A DNA stretch of 64,000 nucleotides from Cyanobacteriota bacterium (GCA_035284785.1 JAYKHK010000024.1:2573-66572); one strand, 5' to 3'; counted from the first letter of the stretch, positions 1 to 10,862 are shown. Program-made: numbers and translations. The notes: a model not told the origin generated them from the sequence alone.

Positions 1-477
1 GAGGGGTTTGGCTTTGTGCCCACCGCCGCGGGCTGGCGGAAAATGCCTCAGACCGGCTGCGTGATCTTGGAGGACGGGGTCGAGGTGGGCTGCGGCACCA
101 TGATCGATCGCCCCTCCGTGGGGGAAACCCGGGTGGGTGCTGGCACCAAGATCGACAACCTGGTGCACGTGGGTCACGGCGTGACGATTGGACGGGGCTG
201 TGCCCTTGCCGCCCAGGTGGGCATCGCAGGTGGCGCAAGGTTGGGGGACGGGGTGATCCTGGCTGGCCAGGTGGGTGTGGCCAATCGGGCCACCATCGGC
301 GATGGAGCCATTGCGTCCTCCAAGTCCGGCATCCATGGCGATGTGCCGGCTGGAGAGGTGGTGAGTGGCTATCCCGCCATTTCGAACAAACTTTGGTTGC
401 GGTGCTCCGCAGCCTTCAACAAGCTGCCAGAGATGGCCCGCACCCTCCGGCAGCTCAAAGCCAACCGGTCGGACTGA
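1..477 (+). CDS. lpxD: UDP-3-O-acylglucosamine N-acyltransferase (5'-truncated by window)
   Basis: Hexapeptide repeats; [25 protein letters not shown] and SGYPA motifs. Confidence 0.93.
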   Translation, partial: EGFGFVPTAAGWRKMPQTGCVILEDGVEVGCGTMIDRPSVGETRVGAGTKIDNLVHVGHGVTIGRGCALAAQVGIAGGARLGDGVILAGQVGVANRATIGDGAIASSKSGIHGDVPAGEVVSGYPAISNKLWLRCSAAFNKLPEMARTLRQLKANRSD

Positions 478-565
478 GCAGGGTGGGGCAGCACGGCTGG
501 GTAGCCTCAAACGGGGGGTTGGGCGCACTGCGCCCGACTTCCACCCCATTGCCTTGTCCAATCTG

Positions 566-1663
566 ATGACCACCCACCAGATCACCCTGCTCGCTGGCGA
601 TGGGATAGGCCCGGAGATCATGGCCGTGGCCCGTCGGCTGCTGGAGGTGGTGAGCCACCGCCACGGCTTCACTCTGACTTTTGATGAGCGTCCCTTCGGT
701 GGGGCCGCGATCGATGCTTGCGGCGAGCCGCTGCCTGCCGCCACCCTGGAGGCTGCCCGCTCAGCCGATGCGGTGCTGCTGGCCGCGATCGGCCATCCTC
801 GCTACGACCACCTGCCCCGCGAAAAACGGCCCGAAACCGGCCTGCTGGCCCTGCGTTCAGCCATGGGGCTGTTTGCCAATCTCAGGCCTGTGAAGATTCT
901 GCCAGCGCTCTTGGAGGCCAGCAGCCTCAAGCGATCGGTGATTGAAGGGGTTGATCTGTTGGTGGTTCGAGAGCTCACTGGTGGGGTGTACTTCGGAACT
1001 CCCAAAGGCCGGGTTGAGGCTGAAGGAAGGGTGCGGGCCTTCAACACCATGGCCTACTTTGCCGATGAGGTGGATCGCATCGCGCGGGTGGCCTTCGCTT
1101 TGGCGGCCAACCGGCGCGGTGAGCTCTGCTCGGTCGACAAGGCCAACGTGCTCGAGGTGAGCCAGCTTTGGCGGGAGCGGGTGGAAGCGATCCATGCTGC
1201 CGAGTTCCCCTCCGTGCGGCTGAGCCACCTGTATGTGGACAATGCCGCCATGCAGTTGGTCAGGGCTCCTCGCCAATTTGACGTCTTGCTCACCAGCAAT
1301 CTCTTCGGAGACATCCTGAGCGATGAGGCGGCCATGCTCAGTGGATCCATTGGCATGCTTCCATCAGCCTCGCTTGGAGATGGCGGGCCCGGGCTGTTTG
1401 AGCCCATCCATGGCTCGGCTCCTGATCTTGCCGGCCAGGATGTGGCCAATCCCCTGGCCATGGTCCTCTCCGCCGCCATGATGTTGCGGTTGGCGCTCAA
1501 GCAAGAGGAGGCAGCCGCTGCCCTCGAAACAGCCGTGGACCATGTTCTGGCTGCCGGGTTTCGCACAGCTGATCTGTGGAGCGAAGGCACCATCCGGCTG
1601 GGGTGCCAGGCCATGGGTGATCAGTTGGAGGCGGAGCTGACGCGAGCCCCGGTTTCAATTTGA
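566..1663 (+). CDS. leuB: 3-isopropylmalate dehydrogenase
   Basis: LLAGDGIGPE, VRELTGGVYFG, NLFGDILSDEAA, FEPIHGSAPD; start set at MTTHQ. Confidence 0.96.
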   Translation: MTTHQITLLAGDGIGPEIMAVARRLLEVVSHRHGFTLTFDERPFGGAAIDACGEPLPAATLEAARSADAVLLAAIGHPRYDHLPREKRPETGLLALRSAMGLFANLRPVKILPALLEASSLKRSVIEGVDLLVVRELTGGVYFGTPKGRVEAEGRVRAFNTMAYFADEVDRIARVAFALAANRRGELCSVDKANVLEVSQLWRERVEAIHAAEFPSVRLSHLYVDNAAMQLVRAPRQFDVLLTSNLFGDILSDEAAMLSGSIGMLPSASLGDGGPGLFEPIHGSAPDLAGQDVANPLAMVLSAAMMLRLALKQEEAAAALETAVDHVLAAGFRTADLWSEGTIRLGCQAMGDQLEAELTRAPVSI

Positions 1664-1741
1664 TCCATCTTTCCCCCGGGTGAAGGGGAGCCGGGGCCGA
1701 TGACCTGCCAAACTCTCTGACGCCTCTGCTCCCTGTGTCCG

Positions 1742-2644
1742 ATGTCAAAGCGTCACCCGGTTGTTGCCGTCACCGGTTCCTCAGGCGCGGGCACGAGCAC
1801 CGTGAAGCGTGCCTTTGAGCACATCTTCGCCAGGGAAGGCATCGTGCCAGCTGTGGTGGAGGGCGACAGCTACCACCGCTACGAGCGAGGCCCGATGAAA
1901 GAGGCGATGGCTGAGGCGGTGGCCCGCGGGGAAAATTTTTCCCATTTTGGTCCTGAGTCCAACCTCTTCGACAAGCTTGAGGAGCTCTTCCGCGTCTATG
2001 GAGAGACCGGCACGGGCTTGCAGCGTTACTACCTCCATTCCGCGGAGGAGGCTGCTCACCACAACGCCCGGCTAGGCACCCAGCTTGAAGCTGGGCAATT
2101 CACGCCTTGGGAGTCCCTTCCCGCCGCCACCGATTTGCTCTTCTACGAGGGCTTGCACGGTGGTGTGGAAGGGGATGGCTACGACGTGGCCTCCTTCGCT
2201 GATCTTCTGGTGGGTGTGGTGCCGATCGCCAATCTGGAGTGGATTCAGAAAATTCATCGCGACAACGCTGAGAGGGGCTACTCAGCCGAAACCATTGTCG
2301 ATACAATTCTGCGGAGAATGCCCGACTACATTAATCATATTTGCCCCCAATTCAGCCGCACGGATATCAATTTCCAGCGAGTGCCGACGGTCGATACTTC
2401 CAACCCCTTCATCTGCCGCAACATCCCGACGGCAGACGAGAGCTTCGTGATCATTCACTTCCGCAAAGGGGCCAGGGAGAAGTGGGGTATTGATTTTACC
2501 TACCTGTTGGACATGATCCATGATTCCTTCATGTCTAGCCCCACAAGTATCGTTGTCAATGGAGGCAAGATGGGCTTTGCCATGGAACTCATTCTCACGC
2601 CAATCATCCACCGGATGATCGAAGAGAAAAAGAATCTCTCCTGA
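1742..2644 (+). CDS. prk: Phosphoribulokinase (proteobacterial type)
   Basis: MSKRHPVVAVTGSSGAGTS, EGDSYHRYER, LFYEGLHG, QRVPTVDTSNPF. Confidence 0.95.
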   Translation: MSKRHPVVAVTGSSGAGTSTVKRAFEHIFAREGIVPAVVEGDSYHRYERGPMKEAMAEAVARGENFSHFGPESNLFDKLEELFRVYGETGTGLQRYYLHSAEEAAHHNARLGTQLEAGQFTPWESLPAATDLLFYEGLHGGVEGDGYDVASFADLLVGVVPIANLEWIQKIHRDNAERGYSAETIVDTILRRMPDYINHICPQFSRTDINFQRVPTVDTSNPFICRNIPTADESFVIIHFRKGAREKWGIDFTYLLDMIHDSFMSSPTSIVVNGGKMGFAMELILTPIIHRMIEEKKNLS

Positions 2645-2684
2645 TCGCTAGCCCGCTTTCGCCAATGCTTCTCCCCCTGCCACC

Positions 2685-3551
2685 TTGATCCCCCAGTCGC
2701 TGGTCGAGGTTCTCTCGTCTCATCGCCCCGCCGCAGAACTCGCCCTTCTGGCGGCCTTGCTCGGGGCCTGTGTGGGCAGTTTCCTCAATGTGGTGGTTTG
2801 GCGAGTTCCCCGGGAGGAATCGGTGCTGTGGCCTGCCAGCCACTGCCCTCGCTGTGGCACAACCCTGGCTTGGTTTGAGAACATTCCTTTGTTGGGGTGG
2901 TGCCTGCTGCGCGCTCGCTGCCGTTACTGCAAGGCCCCGATCAGCGGCCGTTATCCAGCGGTGGAAGCCCTCTGCAGTGGCCTGTGGGTGATGGTGCTCC
3001 TGGCCCAACCCGACGCCATGGGCAGCGCTCCAGCCCAGCCATGGCTTTGGATCGCAGGCTGGATTCTGGTGAGTCTTCTCTTGCTGCTCGCCCTGATCGA
3101 TCTCGACCAACTCTGGATACCTGAGCCCATCTGCCGTTGGGGGGTGGTGGCGGGATGGCTGGTCACGGCAGCCCTTGCTTGGCCTCAACCGCTGGCCGTG
3201 GGGCGTCAGCTGATGACCTCTCACCTGCTGGCGGCAGCCTTCGGGCTGATGGGATTCGATCTGCTCAGCGTTCTGGCAGCCCGTTGGATGGGTCGCCCCG
3301 CCCTCGGCTCAGGCGACGCCAAGGTGGGGGCCTTGCTCGGGGCCTGGCTGGGACCTTTGGGGTTGGCTGTCGCTGTGCTGGTGTCGGTGCTTCTGGCGGC
3401 GCTTGTCGGGGGGGTGGCCCTCGCCGCAGGCGTTGTGAAACGCCACCAGCCGATCCCTTTCGTTCCCTTCTTGGCTGTGGGCGGGGTGCTGATCTGGCTC
3501 ACGGGGGCTGCTCCCTGGTGGGCATGGTTGACGGGCACTGGATCAGCCTGA
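2685..3551 (+). CDS. pilD: Type IV prepilin peptidase (A24)
   Basis: GSFLNVVVWRVP, two CxxC pairs, GSGDAK, IPFVPFL; multiple TM segments. Confidence 0.92.
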   Translation: MIPQSLVEVLSSHRPAAELALLAALLGACVGSFLNVVVWRVPREESVLWPASHCPRCGTTLAWFENIPLLGWCLLRARCRYCKAPISGRYPAVEALCSGLWVMVLLAQPDAMGSAPAQPWLWIAGWILVSLLLLLALIDLDQLWIPEPICRWGVVAGWLVTAALAWPQPLAVGRQLMTSHLLAAAFGLMGFDLLSVLAARWMGRPALGSGDAKVGALLGAWLGPLGLAVAVLVSVLLAALVGGVALAAGVVKRHQPIPFVPFLAVGGVLIWLTGAAPWWAWLTGTGSA

Positions 3552-3703
3552 TCGGCAGGCTCCTGCTGCCAAGCAAAAGAGTCGACGGCTGGGCAGCCGG
3601 GCCCTAGAGGTTTTTTAATAGAGCGCAATCTTGCAGATGCAACTCGCAGCCGCGCGACCTCGGTCCCAAGTCTCCTCCTGCCTTTCTCCCTCCGCTCCGC
3701 CCT

Positions 3704-4594
3704 ATGTCGCTGTTTGACTGGTTTGCCGACCGCCGCAAAAACCTCCCTGTTGCCCGCAGTGCCCAGGTGCAGGAAATGGACGAGGGCGATGGGCTGTGGA
3801 GCAAATGTCCGCGCTGCGCGCTTGTGATGTATCGCAAGGACTTGTTGGCCAATGCCAGTGTCTGCAAGGGTTGTGGGCATCACCACCGCATTGACAGTGA
3901 GGAGCGTCTCCGGCTCCTCGTGGACCCCGGCAGTTTCGAGGCCCTCGATTCCGACCTGGCTCCGATGGATCCCCTGGCCTTCAAGGATCGGCGCAGCTAT
4001 GCCGATCGCCTGCGCGATGCCCAGCAGGCGACTGGGCTCAAAGACGCCATCGTGACGGGGCTGTGTCGACTGGACGGTCAGCCGTTGGCTCTTGGGGTGA
4101 TGGATTTCCGGTTCATGGGCGGCTCCATGGGATCGGTGGTGGGGGAAAAGTTGACCCGCCTCACCGAGGAGGCCACCGCCCGCACCGTGCCCCTGCTGGT
4201 GGTGTGCGCCTCTGGCGGGGCCCGCATGCAGGAAGGCATGCTCAGTTTGATGCAGATGGCGAAGGTTTCTGGAGCGCTAGAGAGGCATCGTCGAGCTGGG
4301 CTGCTCTATTTGCCTCTGCTCACTCACCCCACCACCGGAGGAGTGACGGCCTCCTTTGCCATGTTGGGGGATTTGATTTTGGCCGAGCCCAGGGCCCTGA
4401 TTGGTTTCGCGGGGCGGAGGGTGATCGAGCAGACCCTCCGAGAGAAATTGCCTGAGGGATTTCAGACGGCTGAGTATCTGCAAGACCATGGCTTTGTTGA
4501 TCTGATTGTGCCCCGCACCGAATTGCGAGCCACCTTGGCCCAGCTGTTGCGTCTTCACAGCCGCAAGCCCGTTGGCAGGCCAGTCGCGGCATGA
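3704..4594 (+). CDS. accD: Acetyl-CoA carboxylase carboxyltransferase beta subunit
   Basis: GLWSKCPRC zinc finger, [32 protein letters not shown]. Confidence 0.97.
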   Translation: MSLFDWFADRRKNLPVARSAQVQEMDEGDGLWSKCPRCALVMYRKDLLANASVCKGCGHHHRIDSEERLRLLVDPGSFEALDSDLAPMDPLAFKDRRSYADRLRDAQQATGLKDAIVTGLCRLDGQPLALGVMDFRFMGGSMGSVVGEKLTRLTEEATARTVPLLVVCASGGARMQEGMLSLMQMAKVSGALERHRRAGLLYLPLLTHPTTGGVTASFAMLGDLILAEPRALIGFAGRRVIEQTLREKLPEGFQTAEYLQDHGFVDLIVPRTELRATLAQLLRLHSRKPVGRPVAA

Positions 4595-5052
4595 ACTCGC
4601 GCCGCCTGCTCTCCCTTCTTTTGGCCTTGTGTTGCTGCTTTGCCGTGGTGGCGGGCCTTCTCGACGCTCCGGTGGCCTGGGCCGGACCGGTGGAGTGGCA
4701 CGAGGTGCCCGCCACGGCGGAAGGGCGCCAATGGTGGGATTCCGGCAGTTTGCGTCTTTCCCGCCATGGGCAACTCACGGTCCTGAGCCGTTTCCAGCCC
4801 TCGGCCCAGGCCTCCGAGGCTGAGGCCCTCCCCAACCGGCCGGCCACCAGCCAGCTGTATGTCATGGAATTGGATTGCAGCCAGGAGCTCTATCGCGACA
4901 TCTCCGTCAATGGTCTGCCCCGTTTCCGCGCTGAATGGCAGGCGGCCTCAGGCGATGCCCTGAGCACAGAAACCCTGAGGGCAGCCTGCCAAGCCGCAAG
5001 CGATCTCTTGGCAGCCTCTGCAACCAAAACGCGTGAGGCTGCCGATGGCTGA
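4591..5052 (+). CDS. Conserved exported hypothetical protein
   Basis: Signal-peptide-like N-terminus; overlaps accD stop by 4 bp; WHEVP...GRQWWD...YVMELDC. Confidence 0.75.
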   Translation: MNSRRLLSLLLALCCCFAVVAGLLDAPVAWAGPVEWHEVPATAEGRQWWDSGSLRLSRHGQLTVLSRFQPSAQASEAEALPNRPATSQLYVMELDCSQELYRDISVNGLPRFRAEWQAASGDALSTETLRAACQAASDLLAASATKTREAADG

Positions 5053-6145
5053 TCCGATGTCGGTGCAGCCCCTCAGGGTGGCTGTAGTGGGTTTGGGTTT
5101 CGGTGTGCAAGTGCATGTGCCTGCCCTGCGGGCCTGTGCGGGCACCGAGCCTGTGGCCCTGTGGCATCCCAACCCCAAGCGTCTACAGGAGGCCTGTGCG
5201 GCCGTTGATCTGCCAGGGGCTCCCACTTTTGAGGCCCTCTTGGCCGATCCCTCCATTGAGGCCCTCGTGCTCGCCACCCCACCGGAGCCCAGGCTGGAGC
5301 TGGCCAGGGCGGCCCTGCTCGCGGGCAAGCATCTCCTGCTTGAAAAACCTGTCACCCTCTGCGCTCAAGACGCTGAGGATTTGCAACGGCTGGCGCTGCA
5401 GCGGCGCCTCACGGTGGCTGTCGACTTCGAGTATCGAGCTGTGCCTTTGTTTCAACAGCTGCACCGCCTGCTGCAGCAAGGAGCGCTCGGAACCCCCTGG
5501 CTGGTGAAACTCGACTGGCTGATGAGCAGCCGGGCCGATCCAGCCCGCCCCTGGAGCTGGTATTCCCAAGCAGCAGCGGGCGGTGGCGTGTTGGGTGCCC
5601 TGGGCACTCACGCGTTCGACATGCTCCACTGGCTCGTGGGCCCAAGTCGACGGGTGCAGGCGACGTTGAGCACGGCGATCCCGGAGCGCCCTCTGCCAGG
5701 CGATGGGCGCATGGCTGCTGTGGATGCCTCGGATATCGCCCTGGTGCAGCTCGAGCTGGAATCCTCGGCCGGGGTGGCTGTGCCGGCCCAGGTGACCTTG
5801 GCCTCCGTTGCCCGGCATGGCCGCGGCTGCTGGCTCGAGTGTTACGGCAGCGAAGCCACTCTGGTTTTGGGCTCCGCTCGCCAGTCCGACTACGTGCACG
5901 GCTTTCAACTCTGGTGTGGGGAACCTGGCGAGAGGACGCTGCGGGAGCTGTCTGTGGATCCAAAGTTGGCCTTTGCCCGCACATGGGAAGACGGGAGGAT
6001 CGCCCCGGTGGCGCGGCTCATGGGCTGGTGGGTTCAAGCGATCCGGGAGGGACGGCCGATGGTGCCTGGTTTGGCGGAGGCAGTGGCGAGCCAGCGAGTG
6101 TGTGATGTGGCCCAGCAGAGCCCCCTCCCGCCAGCCCGCTTCTAG
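5045..6145 (+). CDS. Gfo/Idh/MocA family oxidoreductase
   Basis: VAVVGLGFG Rossmann fold, GKHLLLEKP, GGVLGALGTHAFD. Confidence 0.9.
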   Translation: MADPMSVQPLRVAVVGLGFGVQVHVPALRACAGTEPVALWHPNPKRLQEACAAVDLPGAPTFEALLADPSIEALVLATPPEPRLELARAALLAGKHLLLEKPVTLCAQDAEDLQRLALQRRLTVAVDFEYRAVPLFQQLHRLLQQGALGTPWLVKLDWLMSSRADPARPWSWYSQAAAGGGVLGALGTHAFDMLHWLVGPSRRVQATLSTAIPERPLPGDGRMAAVDASDIALVQLELESSAGVAVPAQVTLASVARHGRGCWLECYGSEATLVLGSARQSDYVHGFQLWCGEPGERTLRELSVDPKLAFARTWEDGRIAPVARLMGWWVQAIREGRPMVPGLAEAVASQRVCDVAQQSPLPPARF

Positions 6146-6202
6146 CAGGGCCTGGTATGGGAAACGACGGGGAACCGAACGCCGCGATACCTGGCTGATT
6201 CA

Positions 6203-6216
6203 GTAGCGATTGCTAC
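6203..6216. promoter_or_regulatory. NtcA binding site
   Basis: GTAGCGATTGCTAC is an exact GTA-N8-TAC palindrome, 11 nt before the riboswitch. Confidence 0.8.
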
Positions 6217-6227
6217 CATTTACCCAT

Positions 6228-6305
6228 CGTTGACCGATGCGGGTCCCGTGGTCTCCACGGGCCTGGTCGGCGGAAGTAGGAGGGTTCGCCTTCTGAAGCA
6301 ACGCG
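6228..6305 (+). ncRNA. Class I glutamine riboswitch (glnA motif)
   Basis: CGTTGACC...GGCGGAAGTAGG...CTGAAGCAACGCG core; P1 CGTTG/CAACG, internal hairpin CCCGTGG/CCACGGG. Confidence 0.9.
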
Positions 6306-6351
6306 CCATCCACCTGTTGATGCGTCAACAGATCCCTAAGGAGGCACTTCC

Positions 6352-6465
6352 ATGTCCATCACCACTGCCCGACAGATGGCCCGCCAGGCTGAAGAAGCCC
6401 GTCGTGCCGCTCGGGAGCACGACTATCTCGTCTCGGCTTTGCGCCGCGAGCACCTGGTCGACTGA
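6352..6465 (+). CDS. 37-aa small protein downstream of glutamine riboswitch
   Basis: TAAGGAGG RBS then MSITTARQMARQAEEARRAAREHDYLVSALRREHLVD; absent from ORF track because of its size. Confidence 0.75.
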   Translation: MSITTARQMARQAEEARRAAREHDYLVSALRREHLVD

Positions 6466-6563
6466 TCCTTCTGATCATGTTTCGCTGTTGGCCTTCAACG
6501 GGCCAACGGCTGCGGCTTCAGTGGAGCCCTGATCAAGCTCCCCAGAAGTTGCGTGCTCAAGCG

Positions 6564-6591
6564 GGCCTCGCCTGTTGGCGAGGCCTTTTTT
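6564..6591 (+). terminator. Rho-independent terminator
   Basis: GGCCTCGCC-tgtt-GGCGAGGCC followed by T6. Confidence 0.85.
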
Positions 6592-6714
6592 GGGCCAGCG
6601 GTTTTCTTGGGTCCGGTCTCAATGGGGAATCGGTAGGAGCATCCCCTAGACTCCCGCCCAGACCCGGCGGTTTAACGTGCCGCCGACGCATTTCCACCAC
6701 GCGAGGTTTTCCCC

Positions 6715-7788
6715 ATGGCGCTTGTCCCGCTTCGGTTGCTGCTCGATCATGCCGCTGAGAACGGCTATGGCATTCCCGCCTTCAACGTCAACAACCTCGA
6801 GCAGGTGCAGTCGATCATGGAGGCGGCCTATGAGACCGACAGCCCCGTCATCCTTCAGGCCTCGCGCGGCGCCCGCCAATACGCCGGTGAAAGCTTCCTC
6901 AGGCATCTCATCCTGGCGGCCGTCGAAACCTATCCAGATATCCCCGTGGTGATGCATCAAGACCACGGCAATAGCCCCGCCACCTGCTTTGGGGCCGTGA
7001 CCAACGGGTTCACCTCCGTGATGATGGATGGCTCACTCGAGGCCGACGCCAAAACCCCTGCCTCCTACGAGTACAACGTGCGCGTCACCAAGGACGTCGT
7101 CGATGTCGCCCATTCCGTGGGTGTGAGCGTGGAGGGTGAACTGGGCTGCCTGGGTTCCCTGGAAACCGGCATGGGCGATGCCGAGGATGGTCATGGTTTT
7201 GAAGGCAAGCTCGACCATAGCCAGCTGCTCACCGACCCCAACGAAGCTGCGGACTTTGTGGCCAAGACCAAGGTTGATGCCCTGGCCATCGCCATCGGCA
7301 CCAGCCACGGCGCCTACAAATTCACCCGCAAGCCCACGGGCGAAGTGTTGGCCATCAGCCGCATCGCCGAGATCCACAAGGCCATCCCCAACACTCACCT
7401 GGTGATGCACGGTTCCTCCTCCGTTCCTCAGGAGTGGCTGGACATGATCAATCAGTACGGAGGGGCCATCCCCGAGACCTACGGTGTGCCCGTGGAGGAG
7501 ATCCAAGAAGGCATCCGCAACGGGGTGCGCAAGGTGAATATCGACACCGACAACCGCCTGGCCTTCACGGCTGCGGTTCGGGAGGCAGCCTTTAAGGATC
7601 CTGCGAATTTCGACCCACGCCACTTCAATAAGCCAGCCCGCGCCTATATGAAGAAGGTGTGCCTGGATCGTTATCAGCAGTTCTGGTGCGCCGGTAACGC
7701 CAGCAAGATCAAGCAGCGCGACATCAATTACTACGCTGCCCTCTACGCCAAGGGTGCGCTGGATCCCAAAACAGCCGTTGCTGTCTAG
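6715..7788 (+). CDS. fbaA: Fructose-bisphosphate aldolase class II
   Basis: [46 protein letters not shown]. Confidence 0.97.
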   Translation: MALVPLRLLLDHAAENGYGIPAFNVNNLEQVQSIMEAAYETDSPVILQASRGARQYAGESFLRHLILAAVETYPDIPVVMHQDHGNSPATCFGAVTNGFTSVMMDGSLEADAKTPASYEYNVRVTKDVVDVAHSVGVSVEGELGCLGSLETGMGDAEDGHGFEGKLDHSQLLTDPNEAADFVAKTKVDALAIAIGTSHGAYKFTRKPTGEVLAISRIAEIHKAIPNTHLVMHGSSSVPQEWLDMINQYGGAIPETYGVPVEEIQEGIRNGVRKVNIDTDNRLAFTAAVREAAFKDPANFDPRHFNKPARAYMKKVCLDRYQQFWCAGNASKIKQRDINYYAALYAKGALDPKTAVAV

Positions 7789-7824
7789 GCCTTGAGTCTG
7801 GTTGGCAATCACCTTGATTGCCTT

Positions 7825-7851
7825 GGCCTCCCCTACGGGGGGGCCTTTTTT
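7825..7851 (+). terminator. Rho-independent terminator of fbaA
   Basis: GGCCTCCCC-tac-GGGGGGGCC hairpin followed by T6. Confidence 0.8.
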
Positions 7852-7855
7852 GTGC

Positions 7856-10729
7856 TTAGGGCAAGGGGCTGGATTGGCTCTGTTGCATCTGCATCAGGTT
7901 GTCGGTGGCTGGTCGATCAGCAGCAGCAGGACCCACCAGTTTGTCGAGGGCGGTTCGCAGATCTCTCTCCATCACAAACTTGCGGCCATCGGAGACGACC
8001 ACACGGACGAGGGTGGGTAAATTATTGGTTTTGGATTGCAAGTAGATGGGTTCAACATAAAGCAACCCCTTGCCGATGGGTAGCACAAGCATGTTGCCTC
8101 GAAACAGGCGCGAGCCCATACGGTTCCAGAGTCCAAATTGAAGGCTGATCACAGGATCTTGATCCGTGAGAGCCGAGATCTGCTGAGGACCAAGCAAAAG
8201 GCGTTGCTGCGGGAATCGCACTAGCAGAAGCTCCCCATAGTTGGGCGGGTCGTTTCGGGCGGCCAGCCAACCAACCAGGTTTGTGCGTTTGAGAGGGGTG
8301 AAGGGAAGCAACATCACAAACTCTGAGCGATCTTCCCCTGGAAGCTCCATCGTGACGTAGTAGGGCTGCACGGGGGTTGTGGTGTTGCCATAGATCTCCA
8401 GGGGCACACTCCAAACGTCATCTCCGTTATAAAATGTGCGAACATCTGTGACGTGATAACGTAAAAGTCTTTCTGATTGGATATCAAATTGGCCCTGGGG
8501 CACCCTGATGTGTTGCTGCAGGGCTTTGGGCATCGCCTCAATGGGCTGAAACAGCTCTGGAAAAGCCTTGATCCAGGTTTTCAATAGGGGATCTTCCCTG
8601 TCACTCACATACAACCAAAGCCTGCCATCGTGGGCATCCACAACGGCCTTGATCGGGTTGCGAAAATAGCGAAGACCTTGGGGGTTTGGATCGCTGTATG
8701 GATAGAAGCGGCTTTTTGTGAAGCCATCCAAAAGCCAGTATTGATGTTGTTCTGGCCGATAGCCGTTGCCTCCTGATACGCGCGCTGTCACTAAATAAGG
8801 CTTGCTCTCGAAGCTCAAGAAGGGGGCCAAGGCCTCAAGTCTTTTGTTCACCTGCCTGCGCAGCAGCAACAGAGAGCGGGGGGTGATCGCTCCGGTGAAG
8901 AGGATTCTTGGTTCCTGCAGATAAATCGCTGCGGCAAGTTTTTGCCAAGTCTTGGCCAGCGAAATCCCTACGCTGCCGTCGTAATGGGTATAAACATTCA
9001 AGTCGCCCTCGGGATAGGAAAACTCCTTCACTTGCGTGGGGGCGATGGCATATGGAGCTGGACCGGAAGAGAAATAGAGGCTGGGACGGCCGATCGGCAG
9101 AGCCTGGCGGGCCTCGGCATCGCTGATGCCGAGCTGCGGGATGCCCTGCACCCTGGCGCTGCGCCCCAAATCCTTTACGAAAAACAATGGCAGCCCATCT
9201 GGGCCTGCGGCATTGACCGGGGAAACCGTGAAGCCATGGCCATGGGTGAAGACCAAATGCTTGTTCAGCCAGGTGCGAGATCCCTTTGGCAGGGCCTGGC
9301 TATCCAGTTCCCTGGCCGCGATGAGCACCTGTTGGCTGGTGTCCCTGGGTGAGAGGCCCTGCAGGGGGTAGCGATCAACGGCCGCTGAGGTGAAGGCGTA
9401 ATACAGCCTGAGTTGCTGGAGCTGGCGATTGGCGGCAATCAGGGGTTGGCTGTCCCAAAGCCGGATGTTGTCCAGGGTGCCAGGGGCGGAGGCCAGATCG
9501 GCCGCACTCACGGTTTGGCGTGGCTCCAGTGTGAGCGTGCGCACCCTTTCCAGGCCGAAAGCTTTGCGGGTGGCCTGGATGCTGCGCGCCAAGTAAGGCG
9601 TTTCCAGGGTCAACTCACGGGGTTGAACCAAAAACCGTTGGGCCAGTGGTGCCAACACCCACTCACTGAGGGGCAAGCTGAGGCTGGTGATCGAGAGAGG
9701 GATCAACACTCCCCGGCGCAACCAGCCCTCTGGCACTGGCACCAAAAGCCCCGCCGCTGTGAGAAAGAGCAAGAAAGCCAGGATCAGGCGCAGGGGAAGA
9801 CGCACATGCAGATCCACCCAACCGGCACCTGCGGCGACACCGCTCCCTTCCACCATGAGGTCGAAAGGGGCGAGGGCCGTGCTCGCCGCAGCCGTAAGGG
9901 CCAAAACGGCCAGCTGGGGTTGCAACACCTGCTGTTGCTGGCGCGAGAGACCGCCAAAGCTGAGATCGGAGAGCGTTGTCCCCTCGCTCAACGTCAAGAG
10001 CAGACAAGCCGCCAAGCCCACGGCGATCTGGGCAATCGCCACGCTCAGAAACAGATGGATGGCCGGCAGGCGCAGCACAGTGAACGACAGATCCAATCCA
10101 GTGATCGGATCTCCCTCGCCGAAGGGGGTGGCCAGCAGGGCAGGCAGCCAGAGACCCCAACCCCGGGCCATGGCCGTGGCGGAGGCGGCCAGGGCCGCCG
10201 TGAGCACGACGCGCAAGCTGTTCAGCGGCCAGATCAGTAGCGGTGGGATCAACGCGGCCATCAGCAGGATGAGGGCCGGGTGGGCCAGATCTCGCACCAC
10301 GGAAAAGCCCGTGATCACGTCTCCGCTAAAGGGTGCAGCGATGAGCCCCCTGGCCTGGATGAGCAGGTATCCCAGCCCGCCGCTCAAGAGAACCATCAGG
10401 CCGATCAGAGTGAGCACAAGCTCACGACTCTTCAAGCTGAAGATGGGCCGGGGCGGAAGCACTTTGGAGGCGCTGCTCCGGCGAAGGCGCCAGCAGCGTT
10501 GCAACTGATTGAGCTGCAACGCTGAACCGATGCCGAGCACCCCAACAAACATGAGCAGTTGGCAAACCCAGCGGCGCAGGAGCACCGATTGGAAGCCAAA
10601 TTGGCCGAACCACTGCCACTCCACCACCAGGCGGCCGAGGATGCCTGCCCCCGCAACCAGGGCCAGGGTCAGGAGCGCCAGGAGCAGGAGGGAACGGCTG
10701 GTGAGCTTGGGGAGGAGAGGGTTTGCCAC
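7856..10729 (-). CDS. UPF0182 family membrane protein
   Basis: N-terminal TM block, NIRLWD, HLVFTHGHG, KAVVDAHDG, LYVEPIYLQ; start moved to GTG 10729. Confidence 0.9.
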   Translation of the reverse strand: MANPLLPKLTSRSLLLLALLTLALVAGAGILGRLVVEWQWFGQFGFQSVLLRRWVCQLLMFVGVLGIGSALQLNQLQRCWRLRRSSASKVLPPRPIFSLKSRELVLTLIGLMVLLSGGLGYLLIQARGLIAAPFSGDVITGFSVVRDLAHPALILLMAALIPPLLIWPLNSLRVVLTAALAASATAMARGWGLWLPALLATPFGEGDPITGLDLSFTVLRLPAIHLFLSVAIAQIAVGLAACLLLTLSEGTTLSDLSFGGLSRQQQQVLQPQLAVLALTAAASTALAPFDLMVEGSGVAAGAGWVDLHVRLPLRLILAFLLFLTAAGLLVPVPEGWLRRGVLIPLSITSLSLPLSEWVLAPLAQRFLVQPRELTLETPYLARSIQATRKAFGLERVRTLTLEPRQTVSAADLASAPGTLDNIRLWDSQPLIAANRQLQQLRLYYAFTSAAVDRYPLQGLSPRDTSQQVLIAARELDSQALPKGSRTWLNKHLVFTHGHGFTVSPVNAAGPDGLPLFFVKDLGRSARVQGIPQLGISDAEARQALPIGRPSLYFSSGPAPYAIAPTQVKEFSYPEGDLNVYTHYDGSVGISLAKTWQKLAAAIYLQEPRILFTGAITPRSLLLLRRQVNKRLEALAPFLSFESKPYLVTARVSGGNGYRPEQHQYWLLDGFTKSRFYPYSDPNPQGLRYFRNPIKAVVDAHDGRLWLYVSDREDPLLKTWIKAFPELFQPIEAMPKALQQHIRVPQGQFDIQSERLLRYHVTDVRTFYNGDDVWSVPLEIYGNTTTPVQPYYVTMELPGEDRSEFVMLLPFTPLKRTNLVGWLAARNDPPNYGELLLVRFPQQRLLLGPQQISALTDQDPVISLQFGLWNRMGSRLFRGNMLVLPIGKGLLYVEPIYLQSKTNNLPTLVRVVVSDGRKFVMERDLRTALDKLVGPAAADRPATDNLMQMQQSQSSPLP

Positions 10730-10862
10730 CTCTGGAGCGTAGGCAGCCGGCTGGGCTTTCCACAGGGCAGAGCTTCTCAGCAGAGAATCCCGATCTCTAG
10801 GATCGGGATAAATTGTCTTTGGCGTCGCAGCTGTTAACTTCGTATCAGACCATGGCTTTGAC

